64,000 nt of DNA, from contig CAZOYW010000006.1 of NCBI GenBank assembly GCA_964584165.1, positions 36,022-100,021 on the forward strand. Direction: 5' to 3'. Below are positions 19,887-29,451 of the stretch, one piece after another. The notes under the pieces were generated by a model. The model searched no databases. It was not told the origin of the DNA and saw nothing but the letters and a program-made list of their open reading frames with translations. The stretch is from an uncultured bacterium (GTDB lineage Bacteria > Auribacterota > Erginobacteria > Erginobacterales > CAZKCI01). Both the position numbers and the translations under genes were made by a program. Every line of letters starts with the position of its first letter. Within the stretch, counting starts at the first letter, position 1.

Positions 19887-22373
19887 TTACTGAGGCCCTA
19901 CTCCCCGATCAAGCCGATTTCGTCGGCCAGGCAGGGAGAGGACCATGATTACGCCGATCAACCCCGCGGCGGTCCAGGCCAGGCCGGGGCCGAGGGAGGG
20001 GGGGAGGAATTCCATCACGATCTCGCGGCTGCCGGGGCGGCACCAGACCCCCCTCTGGAGGTAATTGACCCGGTGGACGTCCTTGGCGCGTTCGTCCACC
20101 CGGACCTTCCAGCCGGGGTGATGGAGATCGGTGACCACCAGCATCGAGAGCTTTTTCACCTCCATCCGGAAGACCAGCCGGTGGGGGTCCGTCTCGTCGA
20201 CGGAGAGGATGCGGTTGGATTCCTGGAGATCGTCGAAATGGGCCTTCCATTCGGCGTCGGAGAGTGGCGGGGGATGTGGGTAGAGGTGGGCGAAGGGGCG
20301 AACGTGCCAGACCTCCCGCGGGCAGTATCCGGCGGCGCGGAGGTCGAAGTTGAGGAGGGCAAACCTCTCCCGCTCCTCGTCCGCCACCACCCAGCGGTCC
20401 TGGAAATACCAACGCGGGAGGGGTTCCGGGAGAAGGCCGGCGTAGCAGCGCCCCGGCCCGGCGGGGATGGGCTGGGCCGGCGGGGCGAGGGGCGCTGCGG
20501 AAAGGAGGTAGCGGACGGACAGGTTCCGCCAGAAGTTCGACGCCCAGTCCCGGGGGACGAGCTCGCCCCCCGATCGGTCGGCGGCGCCGGAGAAGGCGGT
20601 GGCGGCGCGGCGGCCGACCGGGCCGAGCTCGAAACCAAGCGGGGACGCCGAGCCGAAGGCCCAGGCGAGGTTGTCGAAGGCGGAGCGGAAATATCCCCGG
20701 CGATAACGGTTCTCCAGGTCGGGGAAGGCGGCGGCGAAGGAAGCGGCCGCGCGATAAGCCGGATGGTCGGAAGGGCCTCGGTAGCGCGCGCCGAAGAGGT
20801 CGCCGGGGGGAAAGGCGGGAGCGGCGGAGCGGTAGAACCCACGGTAGGCTCCGAGCGCTATTTCCAGCAGGGCGAGAAGGAGGACGGCGGACGGGCGGAA
20901 ACGAAGGGGGAGGAAGCGGACGGCGGCGAAGAAAGCGCCGGCCGCGGCCAACCCCGCGAAGAGGGCGAGAAGGAGACCGGAAACGGCGACGGCGGCGAGG
21001 CCGCGGAGGCCGGGGAAAACGAGGCCAAGGGCGGACCGGTAGGGCCAGAACAGGGCGAAAAGGACGATCCCGGCGAAGACGGCCAGGATCTTCCCGATCC
21101 GGGAGGGAGACACGGCTTCCGGATGGCCGCGGAGGGACTGAAAAGAGAGGCCAAGGAGGAGCGACCAGGAGAAGGCGAGGAGAACGGGCGGCGAGGAGCC
21201 GAGGATGCGGTCGGGAGCGAGGAAGGCGAGTAAGGCGCCGGCGAGGAAGCAGAATATGGCGACGCCGGCCGCCGCCCCCGGTAGGCCCGCTCCCCCGACT
21301 CTGCTGTTGGATTGTAATATTGGAATGTCGGGGCAAGTGCGAGCGGGCGCGACGGCTCCCCTCCTCCGCCGGATAGAGATGAGCCCGCTAGCGACGAGAA
21401 GGGCGGAGGCGATCCCGCCGGGGAGAGCGACCGACGGCCAGCGGCGGCCCAGGGCGAGGGCCGGCCCCCAGAGGCCATGACCCGTATCGGCCCCAAAGAT
21501 GCCGGGGACGAGGAAACCGGCGAGCGCGGCCGGGGAGAGGGGGAAGACGGGCGGGGGAGGCGCGGCGAGCTCGGCTTCCCGGACGAGGCGCAGCGACTCG
21601 GGGAGGCCGGCCCAGCGGATGCCGGAGAGGCACCCCCCAAGGACGAGCGCGGCGAAGGCGCCCCCGAGAGCGCGCCGGGCGGCGAGGCGGTCGGCGCGCC
21701 GGAGAAAGGCGAGAACGAGCGCCAGGCCGAAAACGGCGATCGAGAGGAAGACGCCGGCGGCCGCGGCGAGGTCGCCCCCCAGGCTGGAAAGGGCGGCGGC
21801 ACCCGCAGCGGCGAGGAGGCGCCCGCGGCCGCCTTCCCGGGAGAAGAGGAGGAGGAAGAGGGCGGCGGCGGGGAGCCAGGCTAGGGAGAAGATCGCCGGC
21901 AACCGCCCGGTCTGGAGGGCGAAGACCGGCGAGAGCGACCAGGAAAGGGAGAGGAGGAGCGCGGGGGCGGGATCGAGGCGGAGCCCCCGGCGGGCGAGGG
22001 CGAAAGCGAAGAGGCAGGAGAGGAGGAGATGGGCGGCGAGCGGGAAGAGGTAGAGGGCCGGATAATCGGCGAAGGCCGATCCGCTCCCCAGGAGGAGAAA
22101 CGGCCAGTTCGGAGGATAGAGGGCGGCATGGGAAAGGCGCACGGACCAATCGACCGCCCCCGCCCCGACCGCCGGGTCAAACCAGGGATAGTGCCCCGCG
22201 CGGAGAAGGCGGGAGAGGAACAACTGCTGCGGATAGGAGAGGAGGGCGGCCTCGCCGGAGAAAGCGCCGGAAACGCCGCAGAGATAAGGGAGGAGAAAGA
22301 TCAGAAGAAGGAGAGGGCCGATGAAGGTCCCGATCCAGCGGAGAGAAGAAGCCGTCGGGGCGCGAGGGGTCAT
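19887..22373 (-). CDS. YfhO-family GT-C membrane glycosyltransferase (828 aa)
   Basis: Polytopic; C-terminal VVTDLHHPGWKVRVDERAKDVHRVNYLQRGVWCRPGSREIVMEF. Confidence 0.8.
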   Translation of the reverse strand: MTPRAPTASSLRWIGTFIGPLLLLIFLLPYLCGVSGAFSGEAALLSYPQQLFLSRLLRAGHYPWFDPAVGAGAVDWSVRLSHAALYPPNWPFLLLGSGSAFADYPALYLFPLAAHLLLSCLFAFALARRGLRLDPAPALLLSLSWSLSPVFALQTGRLPAIFSLAWLPAAALFLLLFSREGGRGRLLAAAGAAALSSLGGDLAAAAGVFLSIAVFGLALVLAFLRRADRLAARRALGGAFAALVLGGCLSGIRWAGLPESLRLVREAELAAPPPPVFPLSPAALAGFLVPGIFGADTGHGLWGPALALGRRWPSVALPGGIASALLVASGLISIRRRRGAVAPARTCPDIPILQSNSRVGGAGLPGAAAGVAIFCFLAGALLAFLAPDRILGSSPPVLLAFSWSLLLGLSFQSLRGHPEAVSPSRIGKILAVFAGIVLFALFWPYRSALGLVFPGLRGLAAVAVSGLLLALFAGLAAAGAFFAAVRFLPLRFRPSAVLLLALLEIALGAYRGFYRSAAPAFPPGDLFGARYRGPSDHPAYRAAASFAAAFPDLENRYRRGYFRSAFDNLAWAFGSASPLGFELGPVGRRAATAFSGAADRSGGELVPRDWASNFWRNLSVRYLLSAAPLAPPAQPIPAGPGRCYAGLLPEPLPRWYFQDRWVVADEERERFALLNFDLRAAGYCPREVWHVRPFAHLYPHPPPLSDAEWKAHFDDLQESNRILSVDETDPHRLVFRMEVKKLSMLVVTDLHHPGWKVRVDERAKDVHRVNYLQRGVWCRPGSREIVMEFLPPSLGPGLAWTAAGLIGVIMVLSLPGRRNRLDRGVGPQ

Positions 22374-22469
22374 GAGCGCTTATCGATCAGAGGCCGTTAT
22401 TCCGCGCCCGGGCGACCGCGGTGGCCGAGATATCCACGCGGCAGACGGGGCGGCGGGCGGAGGCGGGCC

Positions 22470-23966
22470 TCATCGCTGCTCCGATGCGGGCCGGCGCGGG
22501 CGAGGGAGAAAACGCTTCCCCAGGCGGGCCGCCAGCACGCCCGCGAAGACGAGGAAGTAGGGCTCAAGCACGAAGCGGTGGCGCATGTTCTCGCCCATGG
22601 AGAGGAGACAGGTGACCGCCGTCCACCAGGCCGAGGTGTAGAGCATAAAAAGAAGGGTCGCGGCGCCGGGGTCGGGAGCGGCGGGAGGCCGGGAGCGGCG
22701 CAGGCGGCGGGCGGCCTCGACGGCTCCGAAGAAGAAGAGGAGGAGCCAGGCCGCGACGAGCCCCCAGGCGACCCGGTCGTCGGCCCAGCGAGTGCGGAAC
22801 TCCTCCGGTTTCAAATAGAGCCGAGGGGGAGAGAAGCGACCGTAGAAGAGAACGTCGTAGAGGCGCACCGCCGAAGGGATCGGCCAGTTTCCACCTTCGC
22901 TGAAGTAGTCGGCGGCGGGCTGGAAGTATCCCCGGACCGCAAAGGCGACGGAGCGCAGATAGAACTCGGGGCGGGACAGGAGGAGGCGCACCGAGTCGGT
23001 CGTGTAGCGCTTGTTGATGTGGAGATAGGCGATGTGGTTGAAGTTGACGTCCTTCCCGTCCGACTTGAACTCGCGGTCGAGGGCGGGAACGCCGGTCGGC
23101 GGCCAGCTCGTCCAGGCGGGGGGATAGTCCTTGAAGGGCTTCATGGTCGGGATGGGGGGGAGAAGGGATAGTTCCGAGATGGCGCCGCCGGATTCCCGGA
23201 CGAGCTGCTGCCGGATTGCCGCCGGCATGTAGCCCGCGACCACGTGGTAGAGCGTCGTCCCCATCGAGGAACTCGCCGCGGGGGAGCCGAAGAGGACGAG
23301 GTTTTTCGCGTAGAGAACCAGGACCAGGGCGGTGGGGAGGGCGGCGGCGGCGAGGACCCGTTTCCGCCGGGCGGGGAAGCGGAGGAAGAGCCAGAGGACG
23401 ACCAGGAGGTACCAGGCGAGATGGAAGACGTTGCGGGTGAAGACCACGGCGGCGAGGAGGAGATAAAGGACGACGGCGTCGGCGCGGCGGCCGGAAGAGG
23501 CGAAGCGATGGAAAAAGAGGGCGCTGAAGGCCAAAAGGCCGGTGATGAGATAGGTGTCGAAGAGGTAGTTCTCGTAGAGGACGCAGGCAGGGCTCACCAG
23601 AAACCAGGAGACGAGGAGGGCGGAGAGGAGAGAGGAGACCCCGAACCTCCGGAGGAGGGCGAAGACGGCCCACCCCATGCCCAGGCCGAGGAGGCGGTGG
23701 AGAAAGGCGTAGGCTACGACCTCGCGGCCGGGGAAGGCCTTGAGGACCAGACCCAGGTAGAAATTGAACAGGGGAGGCTGGCAGTGGAGATAGACGAGGG
23801 ATTCGCCGAGGCGGTTCCGGAGGAGGTCGGGGTCCAGGAACTGCTCGGCGTACTCGAGCGTCTGGGCGTCGAAGCGGACGCCCAGGCGCGCGTAGACGAC
23901 CCGGGACAGGATGAAGACGGCAACGAGCAGGGTAGGCCAACGGCCGGATTTCAGGGCGGCTCTCAC
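22470..23966 (-). CDS. Polytopic integral membrane protein (~499 aa), function unknown, putative GT-C-like
   Basis: Multiple TM helices. Start placed at the GTG that overlaps the upstream TGA (GTGA), because the longer ORF to 24413 would overlap the sulfatase-fold gene by 450 nt. Confidence 0.55.
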   Translation of the reverse strand: MRAALKSGRWPTLLVAVFILSRVVYARLGVRFDAQTLEYAEQFLDPDLLRNRLGESLVYLHCQPPLFNFYLGLVLKAFPGREVVAYAFLHRLLGLGMGWAVFALLRRFGVSSLLSALLVSWFLVSPACVLYENYLFDTYLITGLLAFSALFFHRFASSGRRADAVVLYLLLAAVVFTRNVFHLAWYLLVVLWLFLRFPARRKRVLAAAALPTALVLVLYAKNLVLFGSPAASSSMGTTLYHVVAGYMPAAIRQQLVRESGGAISELSLLPPIPTMKPFKDYPPAWTSWPPTGVPALDREFKSDGKDVNFNHIAYLHINKRYTTDSVRLLLSRPEFYLRSVAFAVRGYFQPAADYFSEGGNWPIPSAVRLYDVLFYGRFSPPRLYLKPEEFRTRWADDRVAWGLVAAWLLLFFFGAVEAARRLRRSRPPAAPDPGAATLLFMLYTSAWWTAVTCLLSMGENMRHRFVLEPYFLVFAGVLAARLGKRFLPRPRRPASEQR

Positions 23967-25381
23967 TTGAGATAGCCGAGGGCCCTGAGCTTCTCCCGGG
24001 CTTCCGGGGTCCACCGCTGCTCGCGGCGCTGGTAAGAAAAGCGCGGAGTGATCCGAAGCCATTCCTCCAGCGCCCCTTCCAGGGCGGCGGCGCGCTCCGA
24101 GCCGCCGGGCAGGAGGTCGTTCGCCTCGTCCGGGTCCCGCGCGATGTCGAAGAGATGGCGCTCGCCCGCGTTCGACTCCCCTCCCCCGCGAATCAGGCGG
24201 CTCCCGTTCCGGAGGAGGCTCTGGAGACGCGGGGCTTCCTCCTCCTCGAGTTCGCAGGCCAGCGGCCGGGAAGGCCGCGGGGCGGACCCGGAGAGGCGAT
24301 CTAGTTGACTCACGCCCTGCAGCCCGGGCGGCGGGGGGATCTTCAGGCAATCCAGAATGGTGGGGTAGATATCGAGTATGGAGGCCGGATCGCCGACCAC
24401 CTTGCCCGCCCACTCCCCCTGCGGATCGGCCAGGATCAGGGGGATCCGCACCGACTGGGCATAGAGCGTCCTCCCGTGGGCGAGCCGGCCGTGTTCCAGG
24501 AACTCCTCGCCGTGGTCGGCGTGGAGAATGACCAACGTTTCGCCGGAGGGCAGAACCTCGGAGAAGAGCCGGCGGATGAAGTCGTCGGTGTAGGCGATCT
24601 CGCTGTCGTAGAGATCGACGAGCGTCTCCCGGCGGGCGGGGTCGTCACGGACGCCGGACTTCGAACCGTCGATATCGTCGTCGAAGTTGGACGCGTTCAG
24701 GGCCGGGTCGCCGATCAGGGCGGGGTGGCGGGCGTACTCTTCGATCCAGGGGGAGCGAGGGGTGTAGGGGGCGTGGGGGTCATAGTAGAAGATCCAGAGG
24801 AAGAAGGGGCGCTCCCGGCGAAGCCGCTCCCGCAGGGACAGCAGACGGCGGTGGACCGCGTCGGCGTCCATCAGGTCGCCGGTCTCGATGAAGACGTCGA
24901 AGCCCTGGTCGCTTCCCGTCCAGACCCCGGCCTGGGGGTTGGCGGAGACGCCGAAGGCGGCGTAGCCGTTCGCCTTCAGGGTCTCGGCCAGGGTGACGAA
25001 GGAGGGATCGATTTTGATCGGCCAGCGGGTGCCGTCGGTGGCGATCAGGTCGGTGGTGACGACGCCGTGGCTGCGGGGATGGAGGCCGGTGAAGAGGGAG
25101 GCCATCGCCGGGCGGGTCCAGGAGGTCACCGACCAGCAGTCGGTGAAGCGGGCGCCCCGGGCGGCCAGGGAGTCGATGAAGGGTGAGGTCTTCCTCCCAT
25201 AGCCGTAGGCGGAGAGGTGATCCGGACGGAGCGTGTCGACGCTGATCAGGACGACGTTGGGTCGCGGAGGGGTTCGGCCGCAGGAGGCCAGGAACAGGGC
25301 GAAAAGCGGAACCCAGGCGGCCGGTCGCCGGAGGAGCGAGCGCGCGAGCGGAAGGAGAGCAAACCGGGGCGATCGTTGCAT
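23963..25381 (-). CDS. Lipoprotein sulfatase-fold enzyme (AP superfamily) with degenerate FGly motif (472 aa)
   Basis: Lipobox LFALFLASC; [14 protein letters not shown]; motif position reads T-R-P-A-M followed by ASLFTG; HADHGEEF. Confidence 0.8.
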   Translation of the reverse strand: MQRSPRFALLPLARSLLRRPAAWVPLFALFLASCGRTPPRPNVVLISVDTLRPDHLSAYGYGRKTSPFIDSLAARGARFTDCWSVTSWTRPAMASLFTGLHPRSHGVVTTDLIATDGTRWPIKIDPSFVTLAETLKANGYAAFGVSANPQAGVWTGSDQGFDVFIETGDLMDADAVHRRLLSLRERLRRERPFFLWIFYYDPHAPYTPRSPWIEEYARHPALIGDPALNASNFDDDIDGSKSGVRDDPARRETLVDLYDSEIAYTDDFIRRLFSEVLPSGETLVILHADHGEEFLEHGRLAHGRTLYAQSVRIPLILADPQGEWAGKVVGDPASILDIYPTILDCLKIPPPPGLQGVSQLDRLSGSAPRPSRPLACELEEEEAPRLQSLLRNGSRLIRGGGESNAGERHLFDIARDPDEANDLLPGGSERAAALEGALEEWLRITPRFSYQRREQRWTPEAREKLRALGYLK

Positions 25382-25388
25382 GCGAGCC

Positions 25389-25910
25389 TCACTCCCCCGC
25401 CGTACGGTCCCGCTCCGAGAGGATGGGACGCCGCACAGGCCAGTGGATCCCGAAGGCCGGGTCGTCCCAGCGGAAGGTCGCCTGGGCGGCGCGGTCGTAG
25501 TAGCCGGACTGCTTGTAGTGGAAGATGGCCTTGTCGCTCAGGACAAGATGGGCCACGCCGTGGCCGGGCGGGACGAGGACCTGGAGGTGGTTGGCGTCGG
25601 AGAGGGTGAAGGCCTCCCAGAGGCCGAAGTCCGAGCGGGACCGGTCGCAGACGGCCACCACCAGGTAGAACTTCCCGTAGAGGCAGTCGACCAGCTTCCA
25701 GATCCGGGGGTCGGCGTGGATCCCGCGGAGCACGCGGCGGGAGGAGACGGAGATGTCGTCCTGGACGAAACGCGCCGCGACGCCGGCCCGGCGGTAGAGC
25801 TCTTCGTTGTAGGTCTCGACGTAGACCCCCCGGTGGTCCCGGAAGACCGTCGGGGGAACGATCACCTTCACCCCCGGCAGCTCCGTCGGCTTCACGAGTA
25901 GCTCCGCCAT
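25389..25910 (-). CDS. rmlC: dTDP-4-dehydrorhamnose 3,5-epimerase-like cupin (RmlC family)
   Basis: FVQDDISVS, LRGIHAD, KLVDCLYGKFYLVVAV, VPPGHGVAHLVLSDKAIFHYKQSGYY match RmlC motifs. Start at the internal ATG, which has an AGGAGGA RBS; the ORF's first Met (25967) adds 19 aa. Confidence 0.75.
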   Translation of the reverse strand: MAELLVKPTELPGVKVIVPPTVFRDHRGVYVETYNEELYRRAGVAARFVQDDISVSSRRVLRGIHADPRIWKLVDCLYGKFYLVVAVCDRSRSDFGLWEAFTLSDANHLQVLVPPGHGVAHLVLSDKAIFHYKQSGYYDRAAQATFRWDDPAFGIHWPVRRPILSERDRTAGE

Positions 25911-26128
25911 GTCATCCTCCTGCCCGCCCCGGTCCGGGCGGAGCTCGGTTAAGGGCCGCTCAGCCACGGGTCAGCCGCTGGAAAGCCCGAACGGACGGGT
26001 TGGGGCGGACGGGGCAATAGATCGCCACCAGGATGCGCCGGCGGAGGGCAACGAATACCCGCCGGCATTCGGAGTCGATCATGCTTGAGGCTTCTTCCGC
26101 CCCCCCGCGCTCCCGCGCCGCCCGACGA

Positions 26129-27067
26129 TCAGCCCGCCGCCGCGTAGTCCAGGACGGTAGAAACGATCTTCTTCCGGTCCAGGCCGTAGAGGGACTGGAG
26201 GTTGGACCGGCCACCGTACTTGTAGCAGTAGCCCCGGGACATGTCCAAGCCGATCCGGAGGACGGGGAACCCCTTCCCCCCCTCGGCCAGGGCCTCGAGG
26301 ACGGCGCTGCCGAAGCCGCCCGGGAGGGTGTGCTCCTCCAGGGTGACCGCCCGCGGGCAGCCGGCGAGGGCCCGGCGAAGGGCGCCGGGATCGAGGGGGA
26401 GGGCGAAGGCGTCGATCACCCGCGCTGAGATCCCCTTCTTCTCCAGGTCCTCCGCCGCCTCCAGGGCCCGGTGGACCATGTTGCCGGTGGCGACCAGGGC
26501 GATCCCCTTCCCTTCTCGGAGCACGGCCAGTCCGGAGGAGTAGTCGGCGTCCTCCCGGTAGAGCGCGGGGAGGCGCTGGCGGTCGAGGCGAACGTAGTGG
26601 GGGTGCTTCATCTCCCGGGAGAGACCGGCGAAGGCGGCAGCCATCACGCTGTCAGTCATCGTGTAGACCCGCAGGTGGGGGAGGATCCGCATGACCGAGA
26701 TGTCCTCGATCGTGTGGTGGGTGGGGCCGGAGTCGTCGTAGCTCAGCCCCGCCCCCACCCCGACCACCGTCACGGGGAGGTTCATCCCGGCCAGGTAGAT
26801 CTTGATCTGCTCGAAGCAGCGGTAGGTGATGAAGGGGGCGATGGCGTAGGCGTAGACCTTCTTCCCCTCCAGGGCCAGTCCGGCGGCGACCAGGATCGTG
26901 TTCTGCTCCGCGATCCCGACGTTGACGAACTGGGCGGGGAGCTTCCGGCGGAACTGGTCGAGGGCCGGGGCGGCCATGTCGGCGGAGACGATCATCACGT
27001 TTTCGTCGGCCGCGGCCTGCTCGAAGACCCGGTTCCAGAAGGCGTCTCTCTGGGTCGGCGGTTTCAT
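26129..27067 (-). CDS. Transketolase C-terminal subunit (split transketolase, Pyr + C-terminal domains)
   Basis: FVNVGIAEQNTILVAAGLALEGKKVYAYAIAPFITYRCFEQI; GPTHHTIEDISVMRILPHLRVY. Confidence 0.85.
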   Translation of the reverse strand: MKPPTQRDAFWNRVFEQAAADENVMIVSADMAAPALDQFRRKLPAQFVNVGIAEQNTILVAAGLALEGKKVYAYAIAPFITYRCFEQIKIYLAGMNLPVTVVGVGAGLSYDDSGPTHHTIEDISVMRILPHLRVYTMTDSVMAAAFAGLSREMKHPHYVRLDRQRLPALYREDADYSSGLAVLREGKGIALVATGNMVHRALEAAEDLEKKGISARVIDAFALPLDPGALRRALAGCPRAVTLEEHTLPGGFGSAVLEALAEGGKGFPVLRIGLDMSRGYCYKYGGRSNLQSLYGLDRKKIVSTVLDYAAAG

Positions 27068-27898
27068 CTAGGGCTTCCCCTGACCGAGCTCTTCCCGGAC
27101 CCGGGCCGCCTCCGCCACGGTGGGGGCTCGGGAATGCCACATGGGATCATCGCAGATGAAAGGCGCCCCCTTCCCCTTCACGGTGTCGGCGATGACGACC
27201 AGGGGGAAGGCGGAGCGGCGGGAGCGGACGCCTTTCAGGGCGCAGAAGATCTCATCGAAGCTATGGCCGTCGATCCGCTTCACGTTCCACCCGAAGGAGC
27301 GCCACTTGTCGGCGAGGGGCTCGAGGGCGACGATGTTCTCGGTGAACTCGGTGGCGCAGAGAAAGTTGCGGTCCACGATCGCCACCAGGTTGTTCAGCTG
27401 GTAATGGCTGGCGAACATGGCCGTCTCCCAGACCGATCCCTCGTAGCACTCCCCGTCTCCGAGGAGGGCGAAGACCAGGTGGAGCTCGCGGTTCCGCTTG
27501 GCCGCCAGGGCCATCCCGGCGGCGATCCCGAAGCCGTTTCCCAGCGACCCCGAGGTGATCTCGGTGCCGGGGACGTCGTGCTGGAGGTGGACGCCGATCT
27601 TCCCGTCGCACTGGATGAAGCGCTTGAGGTCGTCCTTGGAGAAAAACCCCAGGTCGGCCAGGACGGGGTAGAGGATGACGCTGGCCTGGCCCTTGGAGAG
27701 GATGAAGCGGTCGCGCTCCTTCCAGTGCGGGTTGCCGGGGTCGCAGCGGATGATCCCCCCGTGGAAGAGGGCGACCAGGATCTCGGTGCAGGAGAAGGCG
27801 GAGGTGACGTGGCCGGTCCCGGCCGGCGTGCACATGTCCAGAATCAGGTGGCGGATATACTTCGCCTTGGCTTCCAGGTCGTTGATGGAATTTTTCAC
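27068..27898 (-). CDS. Transketolase N-terminal subunit (TPP-binding)
   Basis: ALLGDGECYEGSVWETAMFASHYQLNNLVAIVDRN; GTG start with a GAGGAG RBS; abuts the C-terminal subunit gene. Confidence 0.85.
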   Translation of the reverse strand: MKNSINDLEAKAKYIRHLILDMCTPAGTGHVTSAFSCTEILVALFHGGIIRCDPGNPHWKERDRFILSKGQASVILYPVLADLGFFSKDDLKRFIQCDGKIGVHLQHDVPGTEITSGSLGNGFGIAAGMALAAKRNRELHLVFALLGDGECYEGSVWETAMFASHYQLNNLVAIVDRNFLCATEFTENIVALEPLADKWRSFGWNVKRIDGHSFDEIFCALKGVRSRRSAFPLVVIADTVKGKGAPFICDDPMWHSRAPTVAEAARVREELGQGKP

Positions 27899-27947
27899 GG
27901 TTACTCCTCGGTCGCCGGTCGTCCCCCCCTCGCGGCGGAGTGAAGGT

Positions 27948-29447
27948 TCAGGCCGGGCGCTCGAGCAGGCGGCGAGGGAGGGAGATTCCCAGCATCTCCA
28001 GTATATGCTGCCGGACCCGAATTCCAAACTTTTTTTCCACGGCGTCGAGGTAACCCTCGTCCTGGAAGTAGCGCCGGAAGGCCTCTTCCCGGAAGCGCAG
28101 GACCTCGGCGGCGGAGAGATGGCGCGTGGGGAGGGGCTGGGCGTCGTAACCGTGCTGGGAGAATCCCTCCCAGCCGGGGGGGAGATGGCCGGGCTCCAGG
28201 CGGGCGCGCTCATAGAGGGGCGAGCCGGGGTAGGCCCGGAGGGTGTAGAAGTTGACGAACTCGCATTTCAGATCCAGGGCCAGGGCCAGGGTCTCCTCCA
28301 GCGTTGCCCGGTCGTCCTCGGGAAGCCCGAAGAGGAAGTTGCCCAGGACCGAGATGCCGCGGTCCTGGATCGCCCGGACCGCCCGGCGGATGTCTCCGGA
28401 GATCGTCTTGTGGACGTCCCGGCGCACGCGGTCGCTGGCGGTCTCGATCCCCAGGCAGATCCAGGTCACCCCGGCCCGCCGCAGGAGGTCGAGGAGGCGG
28501 TCCGGCACGGTGTCCGCCCGCCCGTAGACCCAGAGGTTGAGATCATATCCTCGCTCGATCACCCCGTCGCAGAAACGCTCGACCCGCTCCGGGTCAAGGA
28601 TGAAGAGCTCGTCGTCGAGGCGGATGTTCCTCACCCCGTGCCGCTGGACCAAGCGGTCGATCCAGGAGAGAACCCGGGGGAGCGACCAGTAGCGGACCCC
28701 GCGGCGGCCGGCGAGCGCGTTGATACAGCAGTAGTCGCAGGCGAAGGGGCAGCCGAGCGAGGTGTAGAGGACCGCGTAGGGCGACCGGACGTCCGAGAAG
28801 TCATCCTTCCGGGACCGGGAGAAGTCCTGGAAACAGTGCATGTTGTGAGCCCGATAGCGGCCGAGCTCGGGGAGAAGGTCCCAGGCGTAGTCCGGCAGGA
28901 GGCGGTCGAGGTCCTCGGCCGCCGGAGCCGGGGGGGTCGCTGAGGCGGCGGAACCGGATCGGTACCAGAGTCCGGGGACGCGGGAGAGGTCCCGGGTCCC
29001 GCGCAAGTATTCCACCAGGGCCGGGATGGTGTAAACACCCTCCCCCGCGATGACGTAATCGGCCGCTTCCTCCCGGAGCGTCCGCTCGGGCAGGACCGTG
29101 GGGTGGAGGCCGCCCATCGCCACCGGCAGGTCGGGCGCGCTTTCCTTGAGCGAGCGGGCGATAGCCCCCGCCGCCGGCATGGTCTGGGTCGAGGCGGAGG
29201 GGTGATGGCCGTAGACCATGATCACCGCCAGGCGGGGGCGGTGCTGTTCGAGGAGGGCGGCGGCGGTCTCCTCTCCCCATCCCTCCAGGTTGGCGTCGTA
29301 GACGGCGGGGGCGAAGCCCTTCTCCCGGACGGCCTGGGCGAGGAGGGCGATCCAGACCGGGGGGGCGATCGCGGTCAGCCCGCGGGAGAGGCCCTGGTAG
29401 ATTTTTCGCTGGCCGCCCGGATGGATGAAGAGGACGTCCGCCTTCAT
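27948..29447 (-). CDS. B12-binding (class B) radical SAM enzyme
   Basis: MKADVLFIHPGG...; SLGCPFACDYCCINA. An alternative TTG start at 29471 would overlap the upstream gene by 20 nt. Confidence 0.85.
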   Translation of the reverse strand: MKADVLFIHPGGQRKIYQGLSRGLTAIAPPVWIALLAQAVREKGFAPAVYDANLEGWGEETAAALLEQHRPRLAVIMVYGHHPSASTQTMPAAGAIARSLKESAPDLPVAMGGLHPTVLPERTLREEAADYVIAGEGVYTIPALVEYLRGTRDLSRVPGLWYRSGSAASATPPAPAAEDLDRLLPDYAWDLLPELGRYRAHNMHCFQDFSRSRKDDFSDVRSPYAVLYTSLGCPFACDYCCINALAGRRGVRYWSLPRVLSWIDRLVQRHGVRNIRLDDELFILDPERVERFCDGVIERGYDLNLWVYGRADTVPDRLLDLLRRAGVTWICLGIETASDRVRRDVHKTISGDIRRAVRAIQDRGISVLGNFLFGLPEDDRATLEETLALALDLKCEFVNFYTLRAYPGSPLYERARLEPGHLPPGWEGFSQHGYDAQPLPTRHLSAAEVLRFREEAFRRYFQDEGYLDAVEKKFGIRVRQHILEMLGISLPRRLLERPA

Positions 29448-29451
29448 GGGC

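Noticed and set aside
19909-22180. Several Arg/Pro-rich - and + strand ORFs (475, 314, 253, 386 aa) overlapping the YfhO gene 19887-22373
   Set aside because: Alternate-frame artefacts; only the frame with the YfhO C-terminal signature is credible
22564-24413. Long 5' extension of the membrane-protein ORF and a 458-aa alternate frame
   Set aside because: The extension overlaps the sulfatase-fold gene by 450 nt and is Arg/Pro-rich; the GTG at 23966 gives a GTGA-coupled start consistent with the rest of the island
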